From contig CAXXLX010000001.1 in assembly GCA_963665235.2 (NCBI GenBank), forward strand, positions 1,024,001 through 1,088,000: a DNA stretch of 64,000 nucleotides. Direction: 5' to 3'. Below are positions 1-9,842 of the stretch, piece after piece. A model generated the notes under the pieces. It saw only the letters and a list, made by a program, of their open reading frames with translations, was not told the origin of the DNA and made no database searches. The stretch is from Candidatus Poribacteria bacterium. GTDB lineage: Bacteria; Poribacteria; WGA-4E; WGA-3G. Both the position numbers and the translations under genes were made by a program. Positions within the stretch are counted from its first letter, which is position 1, and every line of letters starts with the position of its first letter.

Positions 1-31
1 TGGAAGTTTATGCTACAAGAAAGAGACATTT

Positions 32-1477
32 TCAATTAGAAATGGTATTATATTGTTTCTTGTGTAGCTTGGCGGGATACGGGTAACCAGCTTGATGTAA
101 TTTTTCGACGATATCAGCGTAATCCTCACGTTTTTCATTGTCCGACAGTTTGGTTCCATCGTTCCACTTGTCAGCTACTTCCGTATCCTGCATAATCGAA
201 TGACCGTGTCGTTCATTATAATGCTTTTCTTGTAATTCATCTGTTGCATGGTCTAATTCAATACAGTGTCCAATTTCATGTCCAATAGTTCCCTTCAATT
301 CTTCGAGGTAGTAGTTTTTATAATAATTATCTAAGTCCGGATGCTTATCTATCCGTTGCAAGTCCTTTGCAATACGATGCGGATACACGCGACAATATTG
401 AACAAGATATGGCACGGTGGCCCGCGGTGCCACGACACCCTGGTCCCCCTGATGCGAATCCTTAATCTCGTCATCAGCGGAAGCATTTACAACATAAACG
501 GCACTTTGAGGGTTTGGAGTACCACCCCTGATAGGTACATACCTTTTGCCATTTCCACAAGTATAACGACTTATCCGTCTGTTGTTAGATGCCATATTAT
601 TTTTATCAATGAGGTGAATGGTAAATACGTCCGGAAGGTTTGACGCATAGCCATAACCTTCATCAAACTCGCTGTGAACAAAAAGGTCTTTTTCAGATGA
701 CGGATCTGTGTCAACATGCTCACCACCGATCCAGAACCCGCGATACTCTTCAAAAACGGTAAGCCCATCTCCATTGTTTGTATTGCCATTGGGGCCGGCT
801 TCGTCATCTCCCCACGGGTCGTAACCGGCGCGTCCTTCAATTACAAATGTATTATCCTCCCTCCAACCATCGGCAATGTCGTTGCCGTTATTGTCTTTAG
901 GTATTGAAAGACTCGCATTCGCGGTGTCATTATTAGTGGGGGTATTATCTAGCTCCTGACCGTTCTCTCCTTTTTTCTCATTGAGACTTACGTTTCCATC
1001 GAGTATACCGTGGGCACCATAGTCATCAACAAAAACATATATCGGAATTCCTGTATGAGGCGATTTGCAGTAAACTGTCAATGTATCACTCGTTTTGCTA
1101 ACGCGATACTGTAATTGGTCCGTGTCTTTGGGTTGGTCACTTTGCCGGAAGTAAATATCCTTTTTATCGCCGGACTGGGGGCCCTCATTCATACAGAACC
1201 CTGTGTAATCGGAGACCTCTGTCAGGCTAAAAGTATAGTGAGTCGATGTAATGGCATCTATTGCATCTGAATCGGCCTCGATAGAAGCATTAATTACAAG
1301 CACTGTATCGTGTTCCGGTGTCCATGACTCCCACTTGGCGGGTGGCTTCAGGTCTAACGTAAAAGTGGTAGCGGGTTGCGTAGGCACCGCATCTGCTGCG
1401 TGAGTGGAATTAGTCAAAATAGATGAACAGATAAGAACCAGCGGTAAGAGTGAAACACTTAGATATTTGCGTATCAT
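32..1477 (-). CDS. Secreted protein with putative Ca-binding repeats and C-terminal HExxH zinc-metallopeptidase motif
   Basis: N-terminal signal peptide ending THA-AD; DNNGNDIADGW and NGDGLTVFEEYRGF motifs; HEIGHCIELDH zincin motif (HExxHxxxxxH). Confidence 0.65.
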   Translation of the reverse strand: MIRKYLSVSLLPLVLICSSILTNSTHAADAVPTQPATTFTLDLKPPAKWESWTPEHDTVLVINASIEADSDAIDAITSTHYTFSLTEVSDYTGFCMNEGPQSGDKKDIYFRQSDQPKDTDQLQYRVSKTSDTLTVYCKSPHTGIPIYVFVDDYGAHGILDGNVSLNEKKGENGQELDNTPTNNDTANASLSIPKDNNGNDIADGWREDNTFVIEGRAGYDPWGDDEAGPNGNTNNGDGLTVFEEYRGFWIGGEHVDTDPSSEKDLFVHSEFDEGYGYASNLPDVFTIHLIDKNNMASNNRRISRYTCGNGKRYVPIRGGTPNPQSAVYVVNASADDEIKDSHQGDQGVVAPRATVPYLVQYCRVYPHRIAKDLQRIDKHPDLDNYYKNYYLEELKGTIGHEIGHCIELDHATDELQEKHYNERHGHSIMQDTEVADKWNDGTKLSDNEKREDYADIVEKLHQAGYPYPAKLHKKQYNTISN

Positions 1478-2415
1478 CTGTTTTCTTCTTCACTTTTTCG
1501 TTTCATAGCGGGTTGTTCACGGATGAGATGTTTATACAAAGAAAGTCTTTTCATAGGTCCTGTAAACACTTCAGCCGCTTCAAAGTATGATAGTGCCTTT
1601 TCATATTCCCCCAAACTGTAGTAGGTTAGTCCTAAAACAAAGATAGGATCATACCACCACGGGTTTTGCTGATATGCTTTTTCGAGATAAGGTATCGCTT
1701 CGCGGGGTTCAGGATGGTGATAAGTTAGGTGGCATGCTAATTTATATAGAGCTTCTATTGAGTCTGGACGTAGTTCAACGAGCCTCCGACGTATCGCTTC
1801 CCCCTCATCCGGATTTTTATCTTGTATCATGGCACAATAGTAGCTAAGCGCACGAAAGTTATCGGGGTTTTCTGACAGCACTTCTTCAAACAGTTTCTTT
1901 GCTTCCGCTTTCCAACCAGCCAATTTCATAAGATATGCGCCGGTTGCGACCTTGTCTAACCCTTCACCGACAAGTGCTATGAACCTTTGTTCATTCACTT
2001 CGTCCGGAAGATCAATATCATAAGCAAACCTCTCTATTTTTCTCCATTTTTCTGTGCCTTCTCTAAGATGCCAGAAACCTTTATCGTCCACTCTTCTAAA
2101 GTGTTCCGGGTATTTTTGAACGAAATCGGGCGGTGGAAACGGAGACTTTGGCAGTCTATAGTGTCCATCGGGGCGATGTGGTGGGGTCTTTGGGAACTGT
2201 ATCGTTGTAAAAAAGGTATCGCCCGGCGGAGCTTCGGGCACCTTCGTGTATGCGGTGCTCCGGTGATGCTCGTGAGGCAGTGAACCGGCTGGTGTGTTTT
2301 CATCAGCAGCGGGTGCGCTCTTTTCTACGGTTTTCTGGCCGCACCCGGCACACCCACTGAGTAAGATTATCATTGTCAGAAATAACGTTGTAAGGTTTCC
2401 ACTGTGAAGGTTCAT
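1474..2415 (-). CDS. TPR-repeat lipoprotein
   Basis: ATG 2415 preceded by AGGAG; lipobox LSGC; C-terminal TPR-like repeats (EAIPYLEKAYQQNP...LG..Y..LGEYEKA). Confidence 0.7.
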   Translation of the reverse strand: MNLHSGNLTTLFLTMIILLSGCAGCGQKTVEKSAPAADENTPAGSLPHEHHRSTAYTKVPEAPPGDTFFTTIQFPKTPPHRPDGHYRLPKSPFPPPDFVQKYPEHFRRVDDKGFWHLREGTEKWRKIERFAYDIDLPDEVNEQRFIALVGEGLDKVATGAYLMKLAGWKAEAKKLFEEVLSENPDNFRALSYYCAMIQDKNPDEGEAIRRRLVELRPDSIEALYKLACHLTYHHPEPREAIPYLEKAYQQNPWWYDPIFVLGLTYYSLGEYEKALSYFEAAEVFTGPMKRLSLYKHLIREQPAMKRKSEEENR

Positions 2416-2530
2416 GACGTTTCTCCTATTTTTCAACGCCTATAATCCATTGTTCGGCGGAACGTTGCGTCTGTTAAAAGAAAACTGATGACCAATAATA
2501 GAGGTCAAGTGAAAATAAGATGTTGTCGTG

Positions 2531-3481
2531 TCATTGTATGGCGATTCCTTTATTCTGTTTGGCTAAAATTATTCGGATAAGAGCAATACGAGTAGACGCG
2601 ACACCAGGGTGATTTCCTGCGAACCTTTGAAACCCTTGGAAGTATCTCAGTGATTTCTCAAACTCCCGTAATTCAAAATAAACTTGACCTAAAATCAAAA
2701 TAGGATCTGCCCAGTCCGGTTTGAGTTGATACGCTTTTTCAAGATAAGGTATCGCTTCACGGGGGGTGTCTTCGTTCTCCAAAATGAGCTGCCCTAAACT
2801 ATATAAGATTCTGATGTCATCAGGACGGGTTTGTAGCATGCGGAGATAGGTCGCTTTCACCTCATCCGGATTATCAAGTGAATGATACATACACCAATAA
2901 ATAAGCACCTCATAATCATTTGGATTTTGGGCGTATGCTTTATCTACCAATTCTTTCGCATAATCATTTGAGACATGTTTTGCCGCTATAAACAAGGCCC
3001 CAACAAGTGGGTCTAATCCTTCCGATAGTGCTTCTGCCAATTTTCTTCGATAGGCTTGTTCTGTGATTCCTTTAGAGCCGAATTCACCCTGCACTTGCGA
3101 CCATTTTTGAAATAATTCTTCCGTTTCATTGACACTCCAATATCCGTTTTCATGTATGACGAAGAGATGCGGGTTGTCTTTGATAACATTCGGGATTTCA
3201 AATGGATTCTTTGGTCTGTAGTGTCCATCGGCAGAGAGTTGTGGTTTGTCCGGGAAAACGATACTTTCAAAAAAAGTGTCGTTTTCAGGGGCTATGGGCT
3301 CCGTTGTATCTGGTGCGGGATGCCAGTGTCCATCGTGCCAGTATCCATTCGCTGTGTCTTGTTGCTCTGCTTCAATAGGTGTCTGCTCAGCGTTTTTCAC
3401 GCTACACCCACTACAGCCTGCTAACAAGAACAATGTTATCAGTAGCATTATGGTTGTGAAAGGGTCTATACGATATTTCAT
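2531..3481 (-). CDS. TPR-repeat lipoprotein, paralog of 1474..2415
   Basis: ATG 3481 preceded by AAGGAG; lipobox LAGC; shares DTFF..I.FP, DGHYR and PREAIPYLEKAYQ blocks with its neighbour. Confidence 0.7.
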   Translation of the reverse strand: MKYRIDPFTTIMLLITLFLLAGCSGCSVKNAEQTPIEAEQQDTANGYWHDGHWHPAPDTTEPIAPENDTFFESIVFPDKPQLSADGHYRPKNPFEIPNVIKDNPHLFVIHENGYWSVNETEELFQKWSQVQGEFGSKGITEQAYRRKLAEALSEGLDPLVGALFIAAKHVSNDYAKELVDKAYAQNPNDYEVLIYWCMYHSLDNPDEVKATYLRMLQTRPDDIRILYSLGQLILENEDTPREAIPYLEKAYQLKPDWADPILILGQVYFELREFEKSLRYFQGFQRFAGNHPGVASTRIALIRIILAKQNKGIAIQ

Positions 3482-3514
3482 CGGTTTTCTCCTTTTTTCA
3501 GGACTATTTAGTTT

Positions 3515-3745
3515 GAGGAGCGGGCTTGTCGCCCGCATACTACTCTTTTATTTTATAGCATTTTGAATGGACAGTCGCGAGCACAGCGCGTTCCTACAGA
3601 AGACTTTGAACAGAAATAGGTCTACCAGGCGGTTTTTCTCAGGCGTGAGCACAGCTCGCTCTTGAGGAGCGGCAGATTGCCCAGTATTCGGGCAAGCAGC
3701 CCGCTCCTCGTACTAAAAGAGTCGCGAGCAGAGCTCGCTCGGACA
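3515..3745. repeat. Cluster of REP-like palindromes from two families
   Basis: agtattcgggcaa.cagcccgctcct family at 3515-3541 (reverse) and 3683-3709; gtaggagcgagct..gctcgcga family (reverse) near 3574, 3644 and 3722. Confidence 0.7.
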
Positions 3746-3859
3746 GAAGAAAACGATTGAAAATATGGAGAACTAGATGACCCTGCCACCCCTTATCAGG
3801 GAGACGACGTTACATACAAACGGTGAGTGCCTTTGAATCGGCACTTATTGCGGAATATA

Positions 3860-4684
3860 TCAAGCCACCCACGGCTCAAGCCCGAGAAGTTTTTTCCCTA
3901 GCGGGGTTAGTTCAGCTGTTTTGCCTTGGTGATGCTCCTTCTCTTTCTTGTTTCCACCGAGACCGGTTAAACGTTCACGCCATCCTGTCACCCGGTGTTC
4001 GCTTGTCTCTGTGCCGTTATTCGGTGCGGGTGACATCGTGATGTATTGCGCCATCCGTGGACGTTCAGCAGAGTTCGGGCTGCTGCCGTGCGGCAATGCG
4101 CTGTGCCAGATAACCAAATCCCCTGCGTTTCCCGCAACCGGCACCGCTTCCGATTGATATTCGCGTATCACCTGCTGTGGGGGGGTATCTTCAGGCAAGG
4201 TCTTTAACCACGCCTCTAATTTCTTATGGAAACCGGGGATACAGGTAAACGCTCCCTGATTACTGGGGGTATCCGCGAGGTATAACACACCTTGTACCCT
4301 TAGACGCACCGGCATATCGTTCAACGACATATCCCAATGCAGATAGGGGCCGGTGAACTTCCACTCTGGCCGTTCGGGCGGGTTCATACTTGCGCGGTCA
4401 AAACTAACCCAGAGTTTATCATTTCCCCAGATTTCAGTGAACGCTTGATGGATGCGCGGATATTGGCGGTTGTTCCACAACGCTTGATGTTGATAAATTT
4501 CCACCATAATCGTCCGCCGAGGGGGGTCGGGGTACCAGCTCTCCGGGTCATCGCCATTCATCTCAAGGAAATCCCAGACCGCTTGCTCAGCGGCGCGGCA
4601 ATTTTCAAGCGGAACGGCTTCCGGTACAACAACGTAACCATTTTCTTCCCAAAATTCTAAAGCTTCTGCATCAAAAACAGGCAT
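3860..4684 (-). CDS. Phytanoyl-CoA dioxygenase (PhyH) family Fe(II)/2OG dioxygenase
   Basis: FWEENGYVVV start; canonical HxD (LHWD); GDLVIWHSALPHGS and a conserved R. Confidence 0.85.
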   Translation of the reverse strand: MPVFDAEALEFWEENGYVVVPEAVPLENCRAAEQAVWDFLEMNGDDPESWYPDPPRRTIMVEIYQHQALWNNRQYPRIHQAFTEIWGNDKLWVSFDRASMNPPERPEWKFTGPYLHWDMSLNDMPVRLRVQGVLYLADTPSNQGAFTCIPGFHKKLEAWLKTLPEDTPPQQVIREYQSEAVPVAGNAGDLVIWHSALPHGSSPNSAERPRMAQYITMSPAPNNGTETSEHRVTGWRERLTGLGGNKKEKEHHQGKTAELTPLGKKLLGLEPWVA

Positions 4685-4741
4685 AATTTTTCTCCAATAT
4701 ATAGTAGTAGGCACGAGGTGTGTGCTGTTAACTCTCTTGAT

Positions 4742-5425
4742 TTAGGATATAAAATGCTGTCTTGCATATTCAAGTCGTTCCGGCACACCGATATCAATCC
4801 AGTCCGTTTCAACTGTGTGAACATAGAATTGTGTTAGGTGTGGGAAAACATCGTGTTCAATAGAAAAGGTATCGCTTTTTGGAAAAGCGTCAACAATAGC
4901 ACGGTTGAAAAGAAAAACTGCCCCGTTTGCACAACCGGGGCGTGCCTCCTGCTGTTTCTCGCGAAACTCGGTTATACGGCCCTGTGCGTCAGCGACGATT
5001 TCACCGTAGGAGCGGAGGTCATCCACTGAAACACCGAGCACTAACCCCTCCATTTCAGGACGCAGGCGGGCAAGCATGTCAGCCAAAGCGATATCTTTCA
5101 ACAAAATATCACCGTGTAAAACAAACACAGGAAAGCTGCGTACATAGCGGAACGCGTTCTGAATTGCACCACCGGTACCGAGCGGTTTCTCCTCTTGTGC
5201 ATACAGGATTTTCACACCAGCATAGCTGTCACCGACATGCTCATAAAGCACATCGTGCAAGTGTCCGGAGGCGAGAATCACTTCTGTCACCCCCGCCGCT
5301 TTTAGGAGTGCTACCTGCCATTCCAAAACGGTGCGTTCCCCAACTTTGAGGAGGATTTTCGGCAGCTTTTCCGTTGTTTTTCCGAGTCGGGTGGACAGGC
5401 CACCACAAAGAATAACCGCTTGCAT
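4742..5425 (-). CDS. Sugar-phosphate nucleotidyltransferase (NTP_transferase family)
   Basis: AVILCGGLSTRL, LPK, EEKPLGTGGAI and WIDIG motifs. Confidence 0.85.
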   Translation of the reverse strand: MQAVILCGGLSTRLGKTTEKLPKILLKVGERTVLEWQVALLKAAGVTEVILASGHLHDVLYEHVGDSYAGVKILYAQEEKPLGTGGAIQNAFRYVRSFPVFVLHGDILLKDIALADMLARLRPEMEGLVLGVSVDDLRSYGEIVADAQGRITEFREKQQEARPGCANGAVFLFNRAIVDAFPKSDTFSIEHDVFPHLTQFYVHTVETDWIDIGVPERLEYARQHFIS

Positions 5426-5532
5426 GATTGGTAATTGGTAGCGTTCCGTAATGGCTAGCCGATGATATTAACCTGTATATTGAAGAGCAGGCTGTTTGCC
5501 TGAAGCCTGTGCAATACTATGTATTTCACATC

Positions 5533-7119
5533 TTATACGGTTTGCAAGTTGCTTATAGAAAGCAACCAGGGTTCATCTACCAAAGCACGCAGGAATATCC
5601 CGCGTGCGCCATTCAAATCTCTGTCCATCTTAAGACCTGTGCTATCTTTGATAACTTTAGCCCCGCCTAAGTTTTTGACAATCTCGCCTGTCCAAGACAC
5701 TGTTTTTGACGTGTAAGCCTCACAGACATCCAGCACAAGACATCCAGTTTCTTTTGCTTTATGCCTAAGGAACTGTTTGAAACGGTAATGGGAGAGAGTC
5801 AACATTTGGCGGACTGTTCTTTTATGGAGTTTGCGTCCACTTTTACAAGTCTTATGAGAAGTCTCAAAAGTGGGGAGTAAGATAATATCAAAGTTATCGA
5901 CAAGCCACCGTGCGACTTTCTTATGCAACTCATCCACAAGGTTTCTAATCCGTTTTCTGATACGATTTGCGGCACGTCTCATGTTCTTCTTTGCCTGTTG
6001 CTTAGTTGCTTTAGAGGCACGGGATAATAGGTCGTCAAGATATGAACAAAGTCGTTGAATACGATTAATCGCATGGTGTCCGAGCCAGCCGAACCCATGC
6101 TCATGAAAATATGTAAGGAATGTCCTAACACCGGGGTCAAGTGCGACGACACGTCCGTTTGGTTTTCGCTTTCGTATCGTCACACTATAACTGACACACA
6201 AATAATAGTGTGTGCCATCTTTGACCAAGCGGGAGTCTTTGATATTTTCAGGGAGACGCTCACTCAGTCGAAGTTTTCCTAACTTTGTGTGATAAACACC
6301 CTTTTCAGATATGGCAGCTTTGGGTATAAAGATACTATCTGAAGGGTTTCGTTTAGATTTAAAAGAAACAGATTGAAACTGTCCTATTTTCTGACATTTC
6401 TGCTTCGCTGCGCGAACAGCAAGACAGGCATCACGGATAGCAACTGACTTAATTTGATAAGGAACAGGGGTTGCCCAATCCGGCAGGGCATCAAGGATAC
6501 CTGTCTTAATCGCTATCCAGTTGGCATGTGTGTCCGTGTCGTTCAACAAAGCAACCGTTTTGTTGTAGGTCCAACGTGCTGTGCCTATCCATTGCCGCAG
6601 TGTCTCACGTTGTTCGCTTGATGGATAAACTCTTATCCTCTTTGATTTTATCACGGGAACTTCGGAGTCCATGCAGTCTGCAACTGAAGACATGCAGGAT
6701 GGCGAGAAGATCCGACTTGAGCTCTTCTTCCGGGCTGTGTTCTGTTTGGTCAAGAACCACGAGTTCGCCACCGTTTTGTTCAACGAGGTATCGTATAAGG
6801 TCGATACCGAACCGGGCGAGACGAGCCCGATGGGCAATAACAACCTCGAACTTATCACCTTGCATAAGCCGGTCCAGTAAGGTTTAGGTCCCTTTTCTTT
6901 TGAAGTTAAGACCGCTTCCGATGTCTCTAATAATTTCTGCTTCGGGGTAGATACTTCGCATAAAAGCGACTTGGCGTTCAAGGGCGTCTCTTTGCTTGGT
7001 GCTCGATACCCGGCAATAGCAAACAGTGGCAACTGATTTGGATTGGCTTTTGATGTATCTGTCAACATCGTAGCGTCTGTGTCCGCCTCCAGTGCGGATA
7101 ATATCAATCTTTCCTTCAT
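5533..7119 (-). CDS. tnpB: IS607 TnpB RNA-guided nuclease (pro-Fanzor type) with long N-terminal extension
   Basis: RuvC motifs ALDPG, DIILLP, EAYTSKT and DRDLNGA; GGAG 8 nt before ATG 7119. Confidence 0.9.
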   Translation of the reverse strand: MKERLILSALEADTDATMLTDTSKANPNQLPLFAIAGYRAPSKETPLNAKSLLCEVSTPKQKLLETSEAVLTSKEKGPKPYWTGLCKVISSRLLLPIGLVSPGSVSTLYDTSLNKTVANSWFLTKQNTARKKSSSRIFSPSCMSSVADCMDSEVPVIKSKRIRVYPSSEQRETLRQWIGTARWTYNKTVALLNDTDTHANWIAIKTGILDALPDWATPVPYQIKSVAIRDACLAVRAAKQKCQKIGQFQSVSFKSKRNPSDSIFIPKAAISEKGVYHTKLGKLRLSERLPENIKDSRLVKDGTHYYLCVSYSVTIRKRKPNGRVVALDPGVRTFLTYFHEHGFGWLGHHAINRIQRLCSYLDDLLSRASKATKQQAKKNMRRAANRIRKRIRNLVDELHKKVARWLVDNFDIILLPTFETSHKTCKSGRKLHKRTVRQMLTLSHYRFKQFLRHKAKETGCLVLDVCEAYTSKTVSWTGEIVKNLGGAKVIKDSTGLKMDRDLNGARGIFLRALVDEPWLLSISNLQTV

Positions 7120-7192
7120 TTGCTAATCTCCGTAAGTGTGCCGGGGTATAATCAAGCAACTCGCTCGCTTTTTTTGCTGATACATAAGTCAT
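6605..7192 (-). pseudogene. tnpA: IS607 TnpA serine recombinase with in-frame TAA
   Basis: MerR-like HTH, YCRVSS and DIGSGLNFKR; ORFs 6884..7192 and 6605..6865 are in the same frame, split by TAA at 6884-6886; DRLAR changed to ARLAR. Confidence 0.88.
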
Positions 7193-7267
7193 TGTATATA
7201 TGATAACACAAATATCGCGAAATGTAAAGAAATATACAGATTTTATGCTACTGTTCCGCTACCTTCA

Positions 7268-7642
7268 TTAGGCTTGGAACTCAAATGCATTCTCAATTTG
7301 TTCAAGCCGTAACAATTCACACTGCGGTGACAAGTAGATAGCGATAACATCAAAGCGGCAAGGTGCGTTCAATAGATTTTGTGCCTGCAAATACGCCAAC
7401 GCAATTTTGGAAATTTGCCGCTGTTTTCGGCGTGTCACCGCAGCTTGAGGCAACCCAAACTTCAGGCTGCGCCGCGTTTTAACTTCCACAAAAACGATAC
7501 GCTCCCCATCTTGTGCAACTAAATCAATCTCGCCACGTTGGAAACGATAGTTCTGTGCAAGGATTTGATACCCTTGTGTCTTGAGATGCTCCACTGCGAA
7601 CTTTTCGCCAAGCTTTGCAACGTCCAGCCGTGAATGACGCAT
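7268..7642 (-). CDS. yraN: YraN family protein (UPF0102)
   Basis: GEIDLVA, VFVEVKTR and CRFDVIAI motifs; located next to rnhB. Confidence 0.92.
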   Translation of the reverse strand: MRHSRLDVAKLGEKFAVEHLKTQGYQILAQNYRFQRGEIDLVAQDGERIVFVEVKTRRSLKFGLPQAAVTRRKQRQISKIALAYLQAQNLLNAPCRFDVIAIYLSPQCELLRLEQIENAFEFQA

Positions 7643-7687
7643 GTGTGCTTTCCAAATTGTACGAAAATAGCTATCGGCACCCGGCGG

Positions 7688-8317
7688 TTAAAACCAGAAC
7701 GTATCCGGGAGCAGTTTAAAGGTGGACCGATGAATCTCTGATGGACCAAATTCAGCAATTGCCTGACGATGCTGCCGTGTAGGGTACCCTTTATGTTGCG
7801 CGAACCCGTAGTTTGGGTACGTCTGATGTAGTTCAATCATCAGTCTATCGCGTGTTGTTTTAGCGATAACGGAAGCCGCCGCGACGGAGCAGCTGAGGCT
7901 ATCCCCCTTCGGAATCGCTTTTCCGACAATACCTGTGTCAGGCAGATGTAAACCGTCAACAAGCAGATAGTCCGGTTGCGATGTGAGTTGCCCAACCGCT
8001 TCCTTCATCGCCACTAACGTCGCACCTAAAATATTGTGCCTCGCGATAACATCGGGGCTCGCTGAACCGACACCTACTGAAACAGCCACACGTTGGATTT
8101 CGGCAAACAGCTGCGCCCGTTGTTTTGGGGTCAACTGCTTTGAATCCCTCAAACCGGTAATGTGGCAATTGCGCGGGAGAATAACAGCAGCAGCGACAAC
8201 CGGTCCAGCCAAAGCTCCCCTGCCTGCTTCATCAACCCCCGCGAGCTGTTTGTAGCCGTTCTGATAGCATTCACGTTCAAAAACGTTCAGCTGATTAGCG
8301 TCTACGTTCTTTGACAC
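7688..8317 (-). CDS. rnhB: Ribonuclease HII
   Basis: [28 protein letters not shown] and HKGYPT; GTG start at 8317 inferred (the ORF track extends into rplS). Confidence 0.93.
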   Translation of the reverse strand: MSKNVDANQLNVFERECYQNGYKQLAGVDEAGRGALAGPVVAAAVILPRNCHITGLRDSKQLTPKQRAQLFAEIQRVAVSVGVGSASPDVIARHNILGATLVAMKEAVGQLTSQPDYLLVDGLHLPDTGIVGKAIPKGDSLSCSVAAASVIAKTTRDRLMIELHQTYPNYGFAQHKGYPTRQHRQAIAEFGPSEIHRSTFKLLPDTFWF

Positions 8318-8639
8318 GTGCTGCCCTTCCAGAGCGGTCTCGCAAATAATATAATTTCGCGCGTCGGACCGCACCGTACCGAACGACCTGAATACTGTCA
8401 ATATTCGGTGAATGGAGTGGAAATGTCCGTTCACTTCCCTCGCCAAATGCGACGCGACGCACCGTAAATGTGGCGCGCAAGCCGCCGTGTGCCCGACGAA
8501 TTACAGTGCCTTCGTAAGCCTGAATTCGTTTCTTCTCTCCCTCGCCGATAAGGGTATTCACCCGAACAACATCGCCAGGGCCAAACTCAGGAATATCACT
8601 CTTCATATATTCACTTTCAACGGATTCAATCAAATTCAT
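8295..8639 (-). CDS. rplS: 50S ribosomal protein L19
   Basis: [27 protein letters not shown] and [10 protein letters not shown]. Confidence 0.97.
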   Translation of the reverse strand: MNLIESVESEYMKSDIPEFGPGDVVRVNTLIGEGEKKRIQAYEGTVIRRAHGGLRATFTVRRVAFGEGSERTFPLHSPNIDSIQVVRYGAVRRAKLYYLRDRSGRAARVKERRR

Positions 8640-8666
8640 TTTCTTCTCCTCCTTGTAGTTAATATT

Positions 8667-9389
8667 TTAGTCCACTTCCGCCTTGAGAAACGCAAGCTCC
8701 TCATCTGTCAGTTCTAGCTGCTGTAGTAAATCTGGGCGGCGTTCTGCTGTCCTTTTAAGCGATTGTGCATGTCGCCATTTCTCAATATTGTCATGATGTC
8801 CACTCAATAGAACGTCCGGAACATGCATGCCCTCAAACGCCGCGGGCCGGGTGTAATGCGGATGATCGAGTAAATCTTGGCTGAACGAGTCGACCTGTGC
8901 CGATTCGTAGTCGCCTAATGCGCCGGGTAACACGCGCCCGATAGCGTCAATTAGCACAAGCGCAGCGATTTCGCCGCCACTCAACACATAATCCCCGATA
9001 GAAATTTCGGTTGTCACCAACTTTTGGCGGACACGCTCGTCAACCCCCTTGTATCGCCCACATATAAAAATGAGGTGGGTTTCCAAAGAGAGGGTTTCCA
9101 CGAGGGATTGCGTCAGCGGTGTGCCTTGTGGCGTTAAATAGACAACCTGCGCGGTTGCCTCTGTCCTTAATTCAGCGATAGCCGCGAAGAGTGGTTCCGG
9201 CTTGAGAATCATTCCCGCACCGCCGCCGTAAGGGTAATCATCAACCGATTTATGCTTATCCGTTGCCCAATCTCGCAAGTTGCGAACCTGAATGGTTAAT
9301 TTGTCAGTCTCCTGAAGCCGCTTGAGGATACCTGTTTGCAAGGCAGGTAAGATTATCTCTGGAAATAGCGCGAGCACATCCATCTTCAT
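8667..9389 (-). CDS. trmD: tRNA (guanine37-N1)-methyltransferase
   Basis: [33 protein letters not shown] and VLLSGHH. Confidence 0.97.
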   Translation of the reverse strand: MKMDVLALFPEIILPALQTGILKRLQETDKLTIQVRNLRDWATDKHKSVDDYPYGGGAGMILKPEPLFAAIAELRTEATAQVVYLTPQGTPLTQSLVETLSLETHLIFICGRYKGVDERVRQKLVTTEISIGDYVLSGGEIAALVLIDAIGRVLPGALGDYESAQVDSFSQDLLDHPHYTRPAAFEGMHVPDVLLSGHHDNIEKWRHAQSLKRTAERRPDLLQQLELTDEELAFLKAEVD

Positions 9390-9399
9390 TGTTCCGTCG

Positions 9400-9654
9400 C
9401 TATTCTTCGGTGGTCCGTGGGGTCTCGATTAACTCAAGAATTACCTTTTTATTCGCTCGCAGCCCTGCGGTATAAAGCACAGTTCTGATAGCTCTCAAGG
9501 TACGCCCATATCTGCCGATAATTTTCCCCAGATCTTCTTCTGTGACAGTTAACTCAATAATAACCACCTTTTCGCCAGTCACTTCACGGACAACCACTTG
9601 GTCAGGGTTATCGACCAGGGCTCTTACTACGTATTCAATCAAATCTTTGAACAT
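9400..9654 (-). CDS. khpA: KH-domain RNA-binding protein KhpA
   Basis: LVDNPDQV and [12 protein letters not shown]; lies directly downstream of rpsP. Confidence 0.9.
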   Translation of the reverse strand: MFKDLIEYVVRALVDNPDQVVVREVTGEKVVIIELTVTEEDLGKIIGRYGRTLRAIRTVLYTAGLRANKKVILELIETPRTTEE

Positions 9655-9842
9655 AATTCACTTTCGAGGGTTAACAACGTGAAACATGCGAATAGGCAGG
9701 AATATTTCGTTTTCCTGTCCCCGCGTGCGTTATTATTTGTAGGCGCGCTTTTGAAGCGTGCACCATGTCTCTCGTCCATTCCGGACTCTCACTCGGTTTC
9801 CACCAGATGTTAGAGCATCAAAGCTACTCTTCTTCAGAGGTC

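Larger units (their letters stand above)
5459..7263 (-). mobile_element. IS607-family element, copy 1 (subtype A; tnpA carries a nonsense mutation)
   Basis: Ends shared with three other copies (left GG|t.gcggaacagtagca, right ggttaatatcatcGG on the minus strand); serine-recombinase tnpA plus tnpB; no TIR or TSD. Confidence 0.92.

Noticed and set aside
6860-6900. Programmed frameshift or read-through in copy-1 tnpA
   Set aside because: The two parts are in the same frame and split by a TAA absent from intact copy 3; the DRLAR motif is also mutated, so decay is more likely
5459-7263. IStron (group I intron-IS607 chimera)
   Set aside because: The left end is only ~70 bp before tnpA, leaving no room for a group I intron core, and all insertions are intergenic
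8318-8446. N-terminal extension of rnhB in the ORF track
   Set aside because: It overlaps rplS by ~130 further nt and has no RNase HII similarity; a later start is more plausible
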